NCBI GenBank assembly: GCA_963667175.2
Contig: CAXXXF010000002.1
Coordinates: 1 to 64,000, forward strand
Source: Candidatus Latescibacterota bacterium
Lineage (GTDB): Bacteria; Latescibacterota; UBA2968; GCA-2709665
Reading direction: 5' to 3'
Length of the DNA: 64,000 nt
The notes beneath the pieces are model-generated. The model was not told the origin of the DNA. It saw only the letters and a list, made by a program, of their open reading frames with translations, and did no database searches. Shown here in pieces: positions 38,593 to 47,161 of the stretch. The first letter of the stretch is position 1; each line of letters begins with the position of its first letter. A program made the position numbers and the translations under genes.

Positions 38593-40152
38593 ATGGGAGG
38601 CAAGATGCATATTTTCGACATGAACTGCATGCTGGGACCCACGCGTACCGACCGCGAACCATGCTTTCGGACGTCCGGCGCGCTGCTGGCCGAGATGGAC
38701 AGACTGGGCATCTCGGAAGCTCTGGTCCACGCGAGCCACGCGGAAATGGGGCACCCCGCGGACGCGAACGCCCGGGTGGTGGAGGCCACGCGTTCCCACC
38801 CGCGCCTGCACCCCTGCTGGGCCGTGCTGCCGCCGGGAACGGGGGAACTGCCCGAGCCGCGGGAACTCGTGGCGCAGATGCGCGCGCAGGGGGTGCGGGC
38901 GGCCAGGATATTTCCCGGAGTACACGTTTTTCCGTTGCTGGAACGAATTCTGCGGCCGCTGCTGAAGGCCCTCGCCGAAGCGGGAATTCCGTTGATTCTG
39001 GACCAGGGACGCACGAGCTGGAGCCAGCTCACGGACTGGCGTGCGGTGTTCGAAATCGCAGAGGCGCACCCCACGCTGCCGCTTGTGCTGATTCGCGAAG
39101 GGGGCGCTACCGCACGTGCGCTGTTCGGAGTATGGGACGCGTTTCCGAATATTTACATCGAGGCATCCTACGTCCAGGAGTCCCGGATCGTGGAGGAGAT
39201 CACAGGACGGTTCGGACACCGCCGGCTGTTGTTCGGGACCGGGATGCCCGCCTGGGATCCGGGAGGCCCGCTGGGCCTCCTCGAGGGGGCTCGGATTTCG
39301 GAGCATCAGCGGGCCGATATTGCCGGGAACACGCTCAGGCGGCTGCTGGGTCTCCCGGCGCGGGGCGCCGGAGCGGCGCGGTCCTGGCCCTGCGGCGCGG
39401 GCGGCTTCCGCGTGTTCGACGCGCACGGTCACCTGGGCAGATTTCATTCGAAATACCACCGGGACTGGTCGGCCGAACAGATGGTGTCGCGCATGGATGA
39501 ACTGGGCGTGGAGCGGTTTGCCGTCAGCCACTTTCTGGCGATCGGCGCCGACTACCGCGAAGGAAACACCCGGATCGGCAGAGGCGTTGCGGCCTTTCCG
39601 GACAGGCTCGTGGGATACGCGGTCTACAATCCCAATTACGAATCTGAGATGGCCGACGAGATGGCGCGCGGGTTCGACCAACTGGGTTGTTCGGGTATCA
39701 AACTGCACTGCACGCTTCACGACACCTCGACCGAGGACCCACGCTACCGTCTCGCGTTTCAGACGGCGCACGATCGGAACTGTCCCATGCTGTGCCATGT
39801 CAACCGCGGACCGTCTCCCGCCTTCCTGATGGATACGCTCGCGGCGTTCCCGAACGCGAAGTTCATCTATGCGCACATCGGCGGAGGCACACGCGAGGAA
39901 CTGAAGCCCTTTCTCGACGTCGCCCACGAGCGTCCGAATCTGTTTTTCGATCTGGGGTACTCGAAAATGGCGCGCGGCGCCCTCGCCTGGCTCGTCGAAC
40001 ACGCGCCGCCCGCACAGATCCTGTACGGATCGGACCATCCCGTCAACGGGTTTCCGTATCAGCTCGGGCGGGTGCTCTACGCCGACGTTCCCGACGTGTT
40101 GAAGCGCATGATCCTGTGGGACAACGCGGCCAGGATATTCGGCGTGCAGTGA
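38593..40152 (+). CDS. Tandem amidohydrolase (Amidohydro_2) protein
   Basis: Two barrels; the second has DAHGH, IKLH, AHIGG and LYGSD; the first has degenerate metal ligands (DMNC, FGTG). Confidence 0.85.
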   Translation: MGGKMHIFDMNCMLGPTRTDREPCFRTSGALLAEMDRLGISEALVHASHAEMGHPADANARVVEATRSHPRLHPCWAVLPPGTGELPEPRELVAQMRAQGVRAARIFPGVHVFPLLERILRPLLKALAEAGIPLILDQGRTSWSQLTDWRAVFEIAEAHPTLPLVLIREGGATARALFGVWDAFPNIYIEASYVQESRIVEEITGRFGHRRLLFGTGMPAWDPGGPLGLLEGARISEHQRADIAGNTLRRLLGLPARGAGAARSWPCGAGGFRVFDAHGHLGRFHSKYHRDWSAEQMVSRMDELGVERFAVSHFLAIGADYREGNTRIGRGVAAFPDRLVGYAVYNPNYESEMADEMARGFDQLGCSGIKLHCTLHDTSTEDPRYRLAFQTAHDRNCPMLCHVNRGPSPAFLMDTLAAFPNAKFIYAHIGGGTREELKPFLDVAHERPNLFFDLGYSKMARGALAWLVEHAPPAQILYGSDHPVNGFPYQLGRVLYADVPDVLKRMILWDNAARIFGVQ

Positions 40153-40185
40153 CGGATTCTTGAGGAAATTCGGAGGTCTTCAACC

Positions 40186-41898
40186 ATGAAAATCGGTATT
40201 CTGACCCATCCGCCCGATCTTTCGGACTACGTCGCCGAGATCTTCAAGACCTGGGGGCTTGCCGCGTTCGACCGGATCGCTCAGGAACAGCTGGACGACC
40301 TGGCTCCCGCGTCGACTCCCGTATTGGTCTGCCCGGCAGCCGAAAGGGATGACCGGACGCACGAGGATCTGATCGGTTACGCGCGGCGCGGCGGCGCCGT
40401 CGTGACGTTCCTTCCCCGAGACGTACTGGCCGACACCGCGGGGCTGGTCTACGAGGGCGCCAAGGCCGCGCCGCTGCGCCTGCGCCTCGTGCGATATCCG
40501 GCGGCGGGGGTCTCAGGGGAGGACTTCCCGGTCGTGGGGGACGCGGCGCATTACGCGGTACGATCCAAAGCCGCGTCGGGTATCGCTTATCTGTACCATC
40601 CCGACGCGTTCGACGGGGAATCGGCAGGTGTCGTCGAAACTCCCGTTGGCGAGGGTCGCATCCTGGCCTTTGCCTTTGACCTGCCCGCGTGCGTGTTCAC
40701 CCTGCGGCAGGGCGATCCGGATCAGGTCGAGCGGGCCGTGGGCGGCAACGTGCGGGCCGACGCCATCGGCATCGACCTGGGTCCGGCCGACAGCGGCCTG
40801 ATGCCGTTTGCCGATCTGCTGGCGCGGTGGCTGGTCGAACTGGTCTGCCGGTTCGTTCCCGCGCCCGTCCCCCTGCTCTGGCACCTGCCTGGCGAGGCCG
40901 CCGCCCTCGTGCTTTATTCCGGAGACGAGGACGGGGCGGAGATTTCCGCGACGGAGCAGGAATTCCGGGAAGTGTCGGCGGCCGGCGCGCGCATGAGTCT
41001 CTACATCATTCCGATCGGGACGGATTCGACGGCCGAGGACGTGGAGCGGTACCGTCAGAACCACGACGTCGGTCCGCATCCGAATCTCCGGGCGATGGAC
41101 GGCCGGTCGATTGAGGATCGCGTCGCGGAATTCGAGCGTCAGATTCGACTGTTCGAAGAGATGTACGGGTTCAGGCCCACGAGCGTCCGCAACCACTGTC
41201 TTTCCTGGGCGGGATACCTCGAACTGGTGGAGGCGGAAGCGCGGCTGGGCATCCGGATGGACGCGAACTACCTTTGTTCGGCCTATATGCGGGACCGGTG
41301 CGGCGGACCGTACCATCTGAGAGGTGCGGCCATTCCCATGCGGTTCTGTCACCCGGACGGACGCCTGGTCGACGTACTCCAGCAGCACACCCACCTGTCG
41401 GATGACGTCTGGTTCCAGGAAAGCGCCCCCAAATCCTTTCACTATTCGCCGGAGATGTACGGCGTACTGGCGGACCGCATCCTCAGCGACAGCGCCACCC
41501 GCTTCCACGTGCCGTACGGCGTGATCCTGCATCCAGGGAACTGGGTGCGTTATTCGAGACCGCATGGTCTGGTTCTGCTCGAAAAGGCCGCGGAGCGAGG
41601 CGTCCCCGTGTGGTCTTACGACCAGTGGTGCGATTTCTGGCTCCTTCGGGACCGGTGGCGTCTGGAGAGCTTCTCCTGGCAGGACCATACGCTGAAATTC
41701 GCGGCCGCCGGGCCGCCGGACGATGGGAATCTTCGCTGGATGATTCCCTTCGCGTACAACGGCAGAATGCTTGAAGAAGTGTCGGTGAACGGTGTACTGA
41801 TACCCGTTAACGCCGTCATCCGGTACGGGCAGCGCGTCATTCTGGCGTCGCCCGGCGCGGGCATGGCGCGTTGCGAGATAGAAGCGGCATACCACTGA
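40186..41898 (+). CDS. Polysaccharide-deacetylase-like protein with an N-terminal GATase-like domain
   Basis: SGDED, VGPHP, SVRNH and ILHP motifs. Confidence 0.65.
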   Translation: MKIGILTHPPDLSDYVAEIFKTWGLAAFDRIAQEQLDDLAPASTPVLVCPAAERDDRTHEDLIGYARRGGAVVTFLPRDVLADTAGLVYEGAKAAPLRLRLVRYPAAGVSGEDFPVVGDAAHYAVRSKAASGIAYLYHPDAFDGESAGVVETPVGEGRILAFAFDLPACVFTLRQGDPDQVERAVGGNVRADAIGIDLGPADSGLMPFADLLARWLVELVCRFVPAPVPLLWHLPGEAAALVLYSGDEDGAEISATEQEFREVSAAGARMSLYIIPIGTDSTAEDVERYRQNHDVGPHPNLRAMDGRSIEDRVAEFERQIRLFEEMYGFRPTSVRNHCLSWAGYLELVEAEARLGIRMDANYLCSAYMRDRCGGPYHLRGAAIPMRFCHPDGRLVDVLQQHTHLSDDVWFQESAPKSFHYSPEMYGVLADRILSDSATRFHVPYGVILHPGNWVRYSRPHGLVLLEKAAERGVPVWSYDQWCDFWLLRDRWRLESFSWQDHTLKFAAAGPPDDGNLRWMIPFAYNGRMLEEVSVNGVLIPVNAVIRYGQRVILASPGAGMARCEIEAAYH

Positions 41899-41978
41899 CG
41901 AGCGGCGACGCGGATTCAAGCCCACCGCGAGGAGGGTTTGCGCCGAAGCAGAATACCGCCGTGTGAAGGAGGCGCAGG

Positions 41979-42620
41979 ATGCAAAAGCTGGTCTTCCTGG
42001 GCATTGGATCCAACAATTCGGACATTCTGGACGCCGTACTGGAAATCAATGCCCTGAAGCCGACCTATGACGTGCTGGGATACGTGACGCGGAACGGCAA
42101 ACCCCTGAACAAGGGCGGACTCAAACACCTGGGCGACTTCGACGTGGTCCGTACCCTGCCGGAGGACGTGCAGATCACCGGGTTTACGTTCGGCCCGGGG
42201 AGTTACCATCACTGGCCGGGTACGGTGGCGGGGTTGGGCCTCCCGCGGGAACGGTTCGCCACCATCGTCCATCCCCACGCGTTTGTTTCGCCGCAAAGTA
42301 CGGTGGGCAGGGGGTCGGTCGTCCTGGCGGGAACGACGGTTGGCGCATTCGTAACCATCGGCGACCACGTGATCATCCTGCAGAACGTGGGACTCTCCCA
42401 CGACGACGTGATCGAGGACTACTCCTGCCTGGCGGTGGGGGTGAGCTTTTCGGGAAGCGTTCGGGTGGGGCGGAACTGTTTCCTGGGAACGAACTCGACG
42501 ATCATCGGCGCGACGATCGGCGAGGGAAGCATGGTGGGCGCCGGCGCCCTGATCCGGCACGACGTGCCGCCGGGCGAGGTCTGGGTGGGCAATCCGGGGA
42601 GGTTTCTCAGGAAGGTTTGA
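41979..42620 (+). CDS. NeuD/PglD-family sugar acetyltransferase
   Basis: ATIVHP, hexapeptide repeats, SHD and VGNPGR. Confidence 0.9.
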   Translation: MQKLVFLGIGSNNSDILDAVLEINALKPTYDVLGYVTRNGKPLNKGGLKHLGDFDVVRTLPEDVQITGFTFGPGSYHHWPGTVAGLGLPRERFATIVHPHAFVSPQSTVGRGSVVLAGTTVGAFVTIGDHVIILQNVGLSHDDVIEDYSCLAVGVSFSGSVRVGRNCFLGTNSTIIGATIGEGSMVGAGALIRHDVPPGEVWVGNPGRFLRKV

Positions 42621-42655
42621 GCGCGGGTCGTAACGACATACAAATGCCTGCTCCG

Positions 42656-43414
42656 TTATAGTTCTTTCAGCTCAGGCCACTTGATTGTTTTTCCGCTTGA
42701 CCTGCCCTCAAGTATCAATCCACCTTGCGCTGCAATCTGTTCGAGAGTTAAACCGGTCAAGATTGGTGCGATGTGCTGTATAAGGTCGCCATGAATGCCC
42801 ACGAAATCTCGTTCTGTATTTTGATCTATTGAAACCCCTGTGGACACCCAGGTCTCTCCATATATCTGGCGGAGTTTCTCGGCGGTTTCCAGCGTGAGAC
42901 GGAATCTCTCCTGGTTATCACAAATCTCGCGCTCAATGACAATCCAGGGGGTTTCAGTTCGCCATCGAGGTGGCTCAGGCGACTCGAATAAGCGAATCGC
43001 TCGTCCTGCGAGAGCCTTATACTCTCTTACCTCCTGTCCCCGTAGGCCGTAAGAAATCCCGAATTTGACAGCGATATCCTGTATGGCATCGGTAAATGGT
43101 TGCTGCTTTTTTTGGAAGTGACATTCAATATTGCCCTCCGTTCGACAAAGAAAGTCGCAAACGGGCTGTTTTTCGAGACCTTCCCTGCCAACGACATCGA
43201 CATAGCTGAGGACAGCATTGCCTCCCGGCGCCAGGTCCACAGATTCCGCGATGAGTTTTCCTGGATTCTCATTGGTGATCCGGTCAACAATACTGTCATC
43301 TCTTGTCAAATCATCGAGAAGGTCAGATTCTTCGTGCCGATGGAGGAAAGTATTAATACCGACCCTCGCTCCATCCCCAGTTAATCGCCGAACCCGGTGA
43401 GCGGAGAGATACAT
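42656..43414 (-). CDS. Hypothetical protein (252 aa), third gene of a low-GC operon
   Basis: TGATG overlap with the upstream gene; no family recognised. Confidence 0.7.
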   Translation of the reverse strand: MYLSAHRVRRLTGDGARVGINTFLHRHEESDLLDDLTRDDSIVDRITNENPGKLIAESVDLAPGGNAVLSYVDVVGREGLEKQPVCDFLCRTEGNIECHFQKKQQPFTDAIQDIAVKFGISYGLRGQEVREYKALAGRAIRLFESPEPPRWRTETPWIVIEREICDNQERFRLTLETAEKLRQIYGETWVSTGVSIDQNTERDFVGIHGDLIQHIAPILTGLTLEQIAAQGGLILEGRSSGKTIKWPELKEL

Positions 43415-43701
43415 CAGGCCACCTCCCTTAGCGCAATAACTGACTCGCCGGAATCAGGGATTTTGTGGATTTTTCCGTCAACCCAACCGCTACTCGAAAT
43501 CTTTCCACTGCTGTCGCGAATCAGTGACTGCGTACCTTCGCTGTACAGTAATTGCTGTTCCTTTTCGCTCAGTTCGTACCAGACCTTCTCCATAGCATCC
43601 AGAATGGTTTCTTCTTCTTCAGACTCAAAACCTGCATGCTGCCACCGGATGTAAATGAGGTCCTGTTCTAAGGAACGATATCGCACTAAAGCTTCACTCA
43701 T
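43414..43701 (-). CDS. Small acidic helical hypothetical protein
   Basis: Overlaps both neighbours; ESEEEETILDAMEKVWYELSEKEQ. Confidence 0.7.
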   Translation of the reverse strand: MSEALVRYRSLEQDLIYIRWQHAGFESEEEETILDAMEKVWYELSEKEQQLLYSEGTQSLIRDSSGKISSSGWVDGKIHKIPDSGESVIALREVA

Positions 43702-44092
43702 GGCGTTTCACCCAATCTTCTCTCGTACCATGCAGATCTCGCTCATATTCAGAGAAAAAACAGCACGTCGACGGTTCAACTAACGCGTGAGTTTGTCGGT
43801 CTTTACGAAGAACCAAAGAATAAGGCAAATCTTCCACGCAAAAGGAAAAAACAGGATCCCGGCCCTCACCACCAAGGGATTTGGGCAGCCTTGACTTCGG
43901 TAGTTGCCCAACTGTATCCGGCGTTACGGACATTCCTCCAGTCATTGGGCGTACTTTGCAATTGTCAATCTTGATGTCGGCGAACTGTCCGCTGGTGCGA
44001 ACCCCCAATGTTCTTCCTGAACGTCCTGCGAGAGGCCTGCCATCTGCATCCTCTTTCATTGCTCGGAAGACAACCCGAGGGTTTTTCTTCAT
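43694..44092 (-). CDS. Hypothetical protein resembling Tse2/ADP-ribosyltransferase-fold toxins
   Basis: VFR...GGMSV...HALVEP...EYE.DL..TREDW pattern; TTGACG-17-TATTTT promoter at 44181-44153. Confidence 0.55.
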   Translation of the reverse strand: MKKNPRVVFRAMKEDADGRPLAGRSGRTLGVRTSGQFADIKIDNCKVRPMTGGMSVTPDTVGQLPKSRLPKSLGGEGRDPVFSFCVEDLPYSLVLRKDRQTHALVEPSTCCFFSEYERDLHGTREDWVKRHE

Positions 44093-44213
44093 CCAGCAAG
44101 TCCTTTACGCCAGCGCTATTGATCATCTTCATAGGCAAGTGACATATATGAAAAAATAGCCATATATTCCAACTTCGTCAAGCGGTGCCCAACATTTCAT
44201 CCAAAATGCCAGT

Positions 44214-44906
44214 TTAACCCAATTCAACTCCAACGGCGCCAACCCTGTATTGATTCCCGTCCTGCGGCGTCTCCCCGATCACAATATTGAAGTTCGCCGT
44301 TAATTCTCCAATTTCCGATCCGGGCAGCGGCTTGAATGGAACTGCCAGCAGATCGTGTGACGCGCGGCCGGATCTCCGGAATATGGAGTCTCTCTCGTTG
44401 TCCGGGTTCCCCTTTACGTACATCTGCGTCGTCAGAACACGGCGGCCGCTCCGGTTAATCGCAAAATGGATGTGCGCGGCCCGTGCCCCCGAATACCTGA
44501 CAGGCTTGATCGTCCGAAAGCGGTATTCCCCCGTGGACCCGGTTTCGAATCGGCCGAAACCCTGAAAGTTCCGGTCCCGCCTGTTTCTCCCCCGGGCTTC
44601 GGTATGCAAATAGACGCCGTTACTGTCCACCTGCCAGATCTCTACAACGGCATTCTTAACGGGCTTCCCGCTTACATCGACGACGCGCCCGGTCAGATGC
44701 GTGATTTCTCCCACGGCCGGCGTTATCGCGTCGTTGATGATCAATAGATCGTTATCGACGTCCAGCGGCAGCCGGTCCGGATAGAAGGGCCCCTCGGTCT
44801 GCCACGGAGTTCGCACGAGTTGCTCGGCAAAAGCCCCGGGCGTTACAAACGCCGATACACCCAGCGCGCCTGCCTGACACAGAAAGCGCCTGCGATCAAT
44901 CGACAT
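44214..44906 (-). CDS. Tat-exported intradiol ring-cleavage dioxygenase (protocatechuate 3,4-dioxygenase-like)
   Basis: DRRRFL, TEGPFYP, VEIWQ.D..G.Y, FRTIKP..Y and R.AHIHF motifs. Confidence 0.9.
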   Translation of the reverse strand: MSIDRRRFLCQAGALGVSAFVTPGAFAEQLVRTPWQTEGPFYPDRLPLDVDNDLLIINDAITPAVGEITHLTGRVVDVSGKPVKNAVVEIWQVDSNGVYLHTEARGRNRRDRNFQGFGRFETGSTGEYRFRTIKPVRYSGARAAHIHFAINRSGRRVLTTQMYVKGNPDNERDSIFRRSGRASHDLLAVPFKPLPGSEIGELTANFNIVIGETPQDGNQYRVGAVGVELG

Positions 44907-44963
44907 CGCGGTCTCCGTACGAGATGAATTTCCTTTCGAATGCCGCCCCCTGGACCCCACGTC

Positions 44964-46214
44964 CTAATGATTATAGATCAGGTTCAGTTCGACGAAACTG
45001 TCTCTCCGGCTGGCGTAGGAAAGATCCGCAGGGTCGACGTCGAGAAGGGCGATTGCCTCGAGGCGCACGGAGAACCTGCCGGAAATCCTCCGGTTCAATT
45101 CGAACGTCAACACGCGTGTGGTCGTGTCGAAATCGTCCATCATGCTTCCGAGCGCCTCGGTGCTCCGGACGTCGTTGAACGCGAGGCGGGCTGCAAGGAA
45201 GAGGTCGTTCTGAAAGATATTCGTCGCATTCCGGCCGCGCCCGTCGTAGTTCCATTCTCCAATCAGGCTCAGATCTGCCGCCGAGCCGATTACGGAATAG
45301 AACGTATACTCGCCGCCCATCGTGGACGCAACGTACTCCACCTCCACGCCACGCCGGTCCCGGGCGCCCGCGCGGCCGAGCGCCTCGATCTTGAACAGCC
45401 AGGATCCGGACGTCAATTGGGCGTCCAGTCCGACCTGCCGGATCCGCTCGTATTGGGGCAACAGGACCGGCAAACCCTTTCGGTCGACGTCCGGCAATAG
45501 CAGAGGATCCCGGCTGTTGCCATCGAAACCGCTGATCCCCACGTCCATATTTCCGGCGCTTCGACTGTAGCGCACGGCAACGTCCGGATGCCACCGCCCG
45601 GCGTCACTCTCATACGAAACCCGTTCATTGTCCACGATAAGCGGGAAACGCAGGCGGCCGGAACGCCCAGGAAAGGTGCGGGGACGGTGTCCGGTCATTC
45701 CGAACATTTCCACCGCCCCCCAGTCGCCTGACAACGTGAGATGGACCATGGGCTGGCCCAGCGTGGGCTCTTTGTACGGGTGTTCCACAAGGTCGATCTG
45801 GTTGACAATATTCACCAGGCGGCGGGACTCGGTCACGCCCCAGAAGACCCGGTCGACGCCCAGGCGCACTTCCCATTCCTGATTCCTGACCTCGCCGAAG
45901 AAAAGGAAACAGGCTTCGCGCAGGTCCACGTGGGTGCGCCGTTTGTCCCCGGCGTCGAAGCGGAAGAACGGCGCCAGGGTAAAACTTCTGCCCCGGACGT
46001 CCTCGACGTAGAGCTTGGGCTCGGCGACGATGCCGCTGCCGTGCGCGCGCTGCCCGGAATGGGCGCCCGTCTTTGGAAACCAGCGGCCTTCCACGCTCAG
46101 GCGCCCGGAGATCTCCCCTGTTTCGATCTGGGCAACGACGTTTCCGGAAAATACCGGGGCAAGAATCCAGGCGGCAGCGAGCGGCACGCAGCGGAGAATC
46201 ATACGGATTGGCAT
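44964..46214 (-). CDS. Outer-membrane beta-barrel protein accompanying an MMPL system
   Basis: Signal peptide; DLREA, RVFWGVTES and alternating beta-strands. Confidence 0.7.
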   Translation of the reverse strand: MPIRMILRCVPLAAAWILAPVFSGNVVAQIETGEISGRLSVEGRWFPKTGAHSGQRAHGSGIVAEPKLYVEDVRGRSFTLAPFFRFDAGDKRRTHVDLREACFLFFGEVRNQEWEVRLGVDRVFWGVTESRRLVNIVNQIDLVEHPYKEPTLGQPMVHLTLSGDWGAVEMFGMTGHRPRTFPGRSGRLRFPLIVDNERVSYESDAGRWHPDVAVRYSRSAGNMDVGISGFDGNSRDPLLLPDVDRKGLPVLLPQYERIRQVGLDAQLTSGSWLFKIEALGRAGARDRRGVEVEYVASTMGGEYTFYSVIGSAADLSLIGEWNYDGRGRNATNIFQNDLFLAARLAFNDVRSTEALGSMMDDFDTTTRVLTFELNRRISGRFSVRLEAIALLDVDPADLSYASRRDSFVELNLIYNH

Positions 46215-47041
46215 CAGCGAACCCGCTTCAGCCCGGTTTTTGTGAAGTCCCTGGCCTGGAGATCGGTACCGAACCGATAGTCCGTCCAGGTCAGGACCGT
46301 ACTCTTTCCGGTCAGATGATTGACCATGGTCATCACGCCCGCGCGCCAGTAACGATCCAGGTGTTGCTCGTAGTTCTCCAGGGTAAGCGTCTTAAGATGC
46401 GCGTCCTTCCGGTCATAGTACTCTACTTTCCAGGCTCGAAGTTCGTCCCTGTCGCGCCATACCACCTGGCGGCTGTAGCCCGATTTTTTATCGGTCGGCA
46501 GGCGTTCCGTAACCGAACACGTCAAGTCGCCGCAGGGCTCGTCCCGGAGGTAGCGGTAGCTGAATTTTTCCACGGCCTGCGCGGTCATATCTTCATAGGC
46601 GAATTCGCTGCCCATAAAGGAACCTGAGCGGTTCGAAGAACTGATGCGCTTGACGCGTTTCAGAGCCGGCAGGTAAAGCCACTGATCGTCGGCGCTTTCC
46701 CTGTGGGCATGCACGAGCAATGCCGTACCCCGCACGTCGCGCGGTTCGTCGAAGACAAACAGGCTCTTGTCGCCGTCTTCCTGCGCCTCAAGGACCTTTA
46801 CCCTGAGCTGGCGACGGCTCTCCTGCCCGTGTCTGTTCCGCAGGACCATGGCCTGCTGCGCTGTAAAGTTCCCGAATCCTTCCTCCCGGGCGCGGGCGTC
46901 CCTGGCGATGTTCAGGCCGATATCCTCGGGCGTCGCCGTTTCGGAATGCGCCGGTGTTACCAGAAAGATGCAAATGAAGACACACAGAGCGTGCGCAGGA
47001 AACGAAACCCTGGAGCGTGCGGTAAGACGTGTGAAACCCAT
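46214..47041 (-). CDS. Outer-membrane lipoprotein-sorting (LolA-like) protein
   Basis: PRDVRGTALL, DDQWLYLPALKRVKRI and SFMGSEFAYED motifs. Confidence 0.9.
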   Translation of the reverse strand: MGFTRLTARSRVSFPAHALCVFICIFLVTPAHSETATPEDIGLNIARDARAREEGFGNFTAQQAMVLRNRHGQESRRQLRVKVLEAQEDGDKSLFVFDEPRDVRGTALLVHAHRESADDQWLYLPALKRVKRISSSNRSGSFMGSEFAYEDMTAQAVEKFSYRYLRDEPCGDLTCSVTERLPTDKKSGYSRQVVWRDRDELRAWKVEYYDRKDAHLKTLTLENYEQHLDRYWRAGVMTMVNHLTGKSTVLTWTDYRFGTDLQARDFTKTGLKRVR

Positions 47042-47161
47042 GAGTTTCTCCGGTCAGTGGGGTGAATCAGACACGTTCTGCCCGTTCGAACTTCAATCTG
47101 TCAACGATTCGAGACTGTCGGGAATTTCGTTCTTCCATGGAATATCACAAGGTCTGAAGAT

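Noticed and set aside
29410-41925. Long minus-strand ORFs (617, 449, 564 and 470 aa)
   Set aside because: GC-rich antisense shadows of well-supported plus-strand genes.
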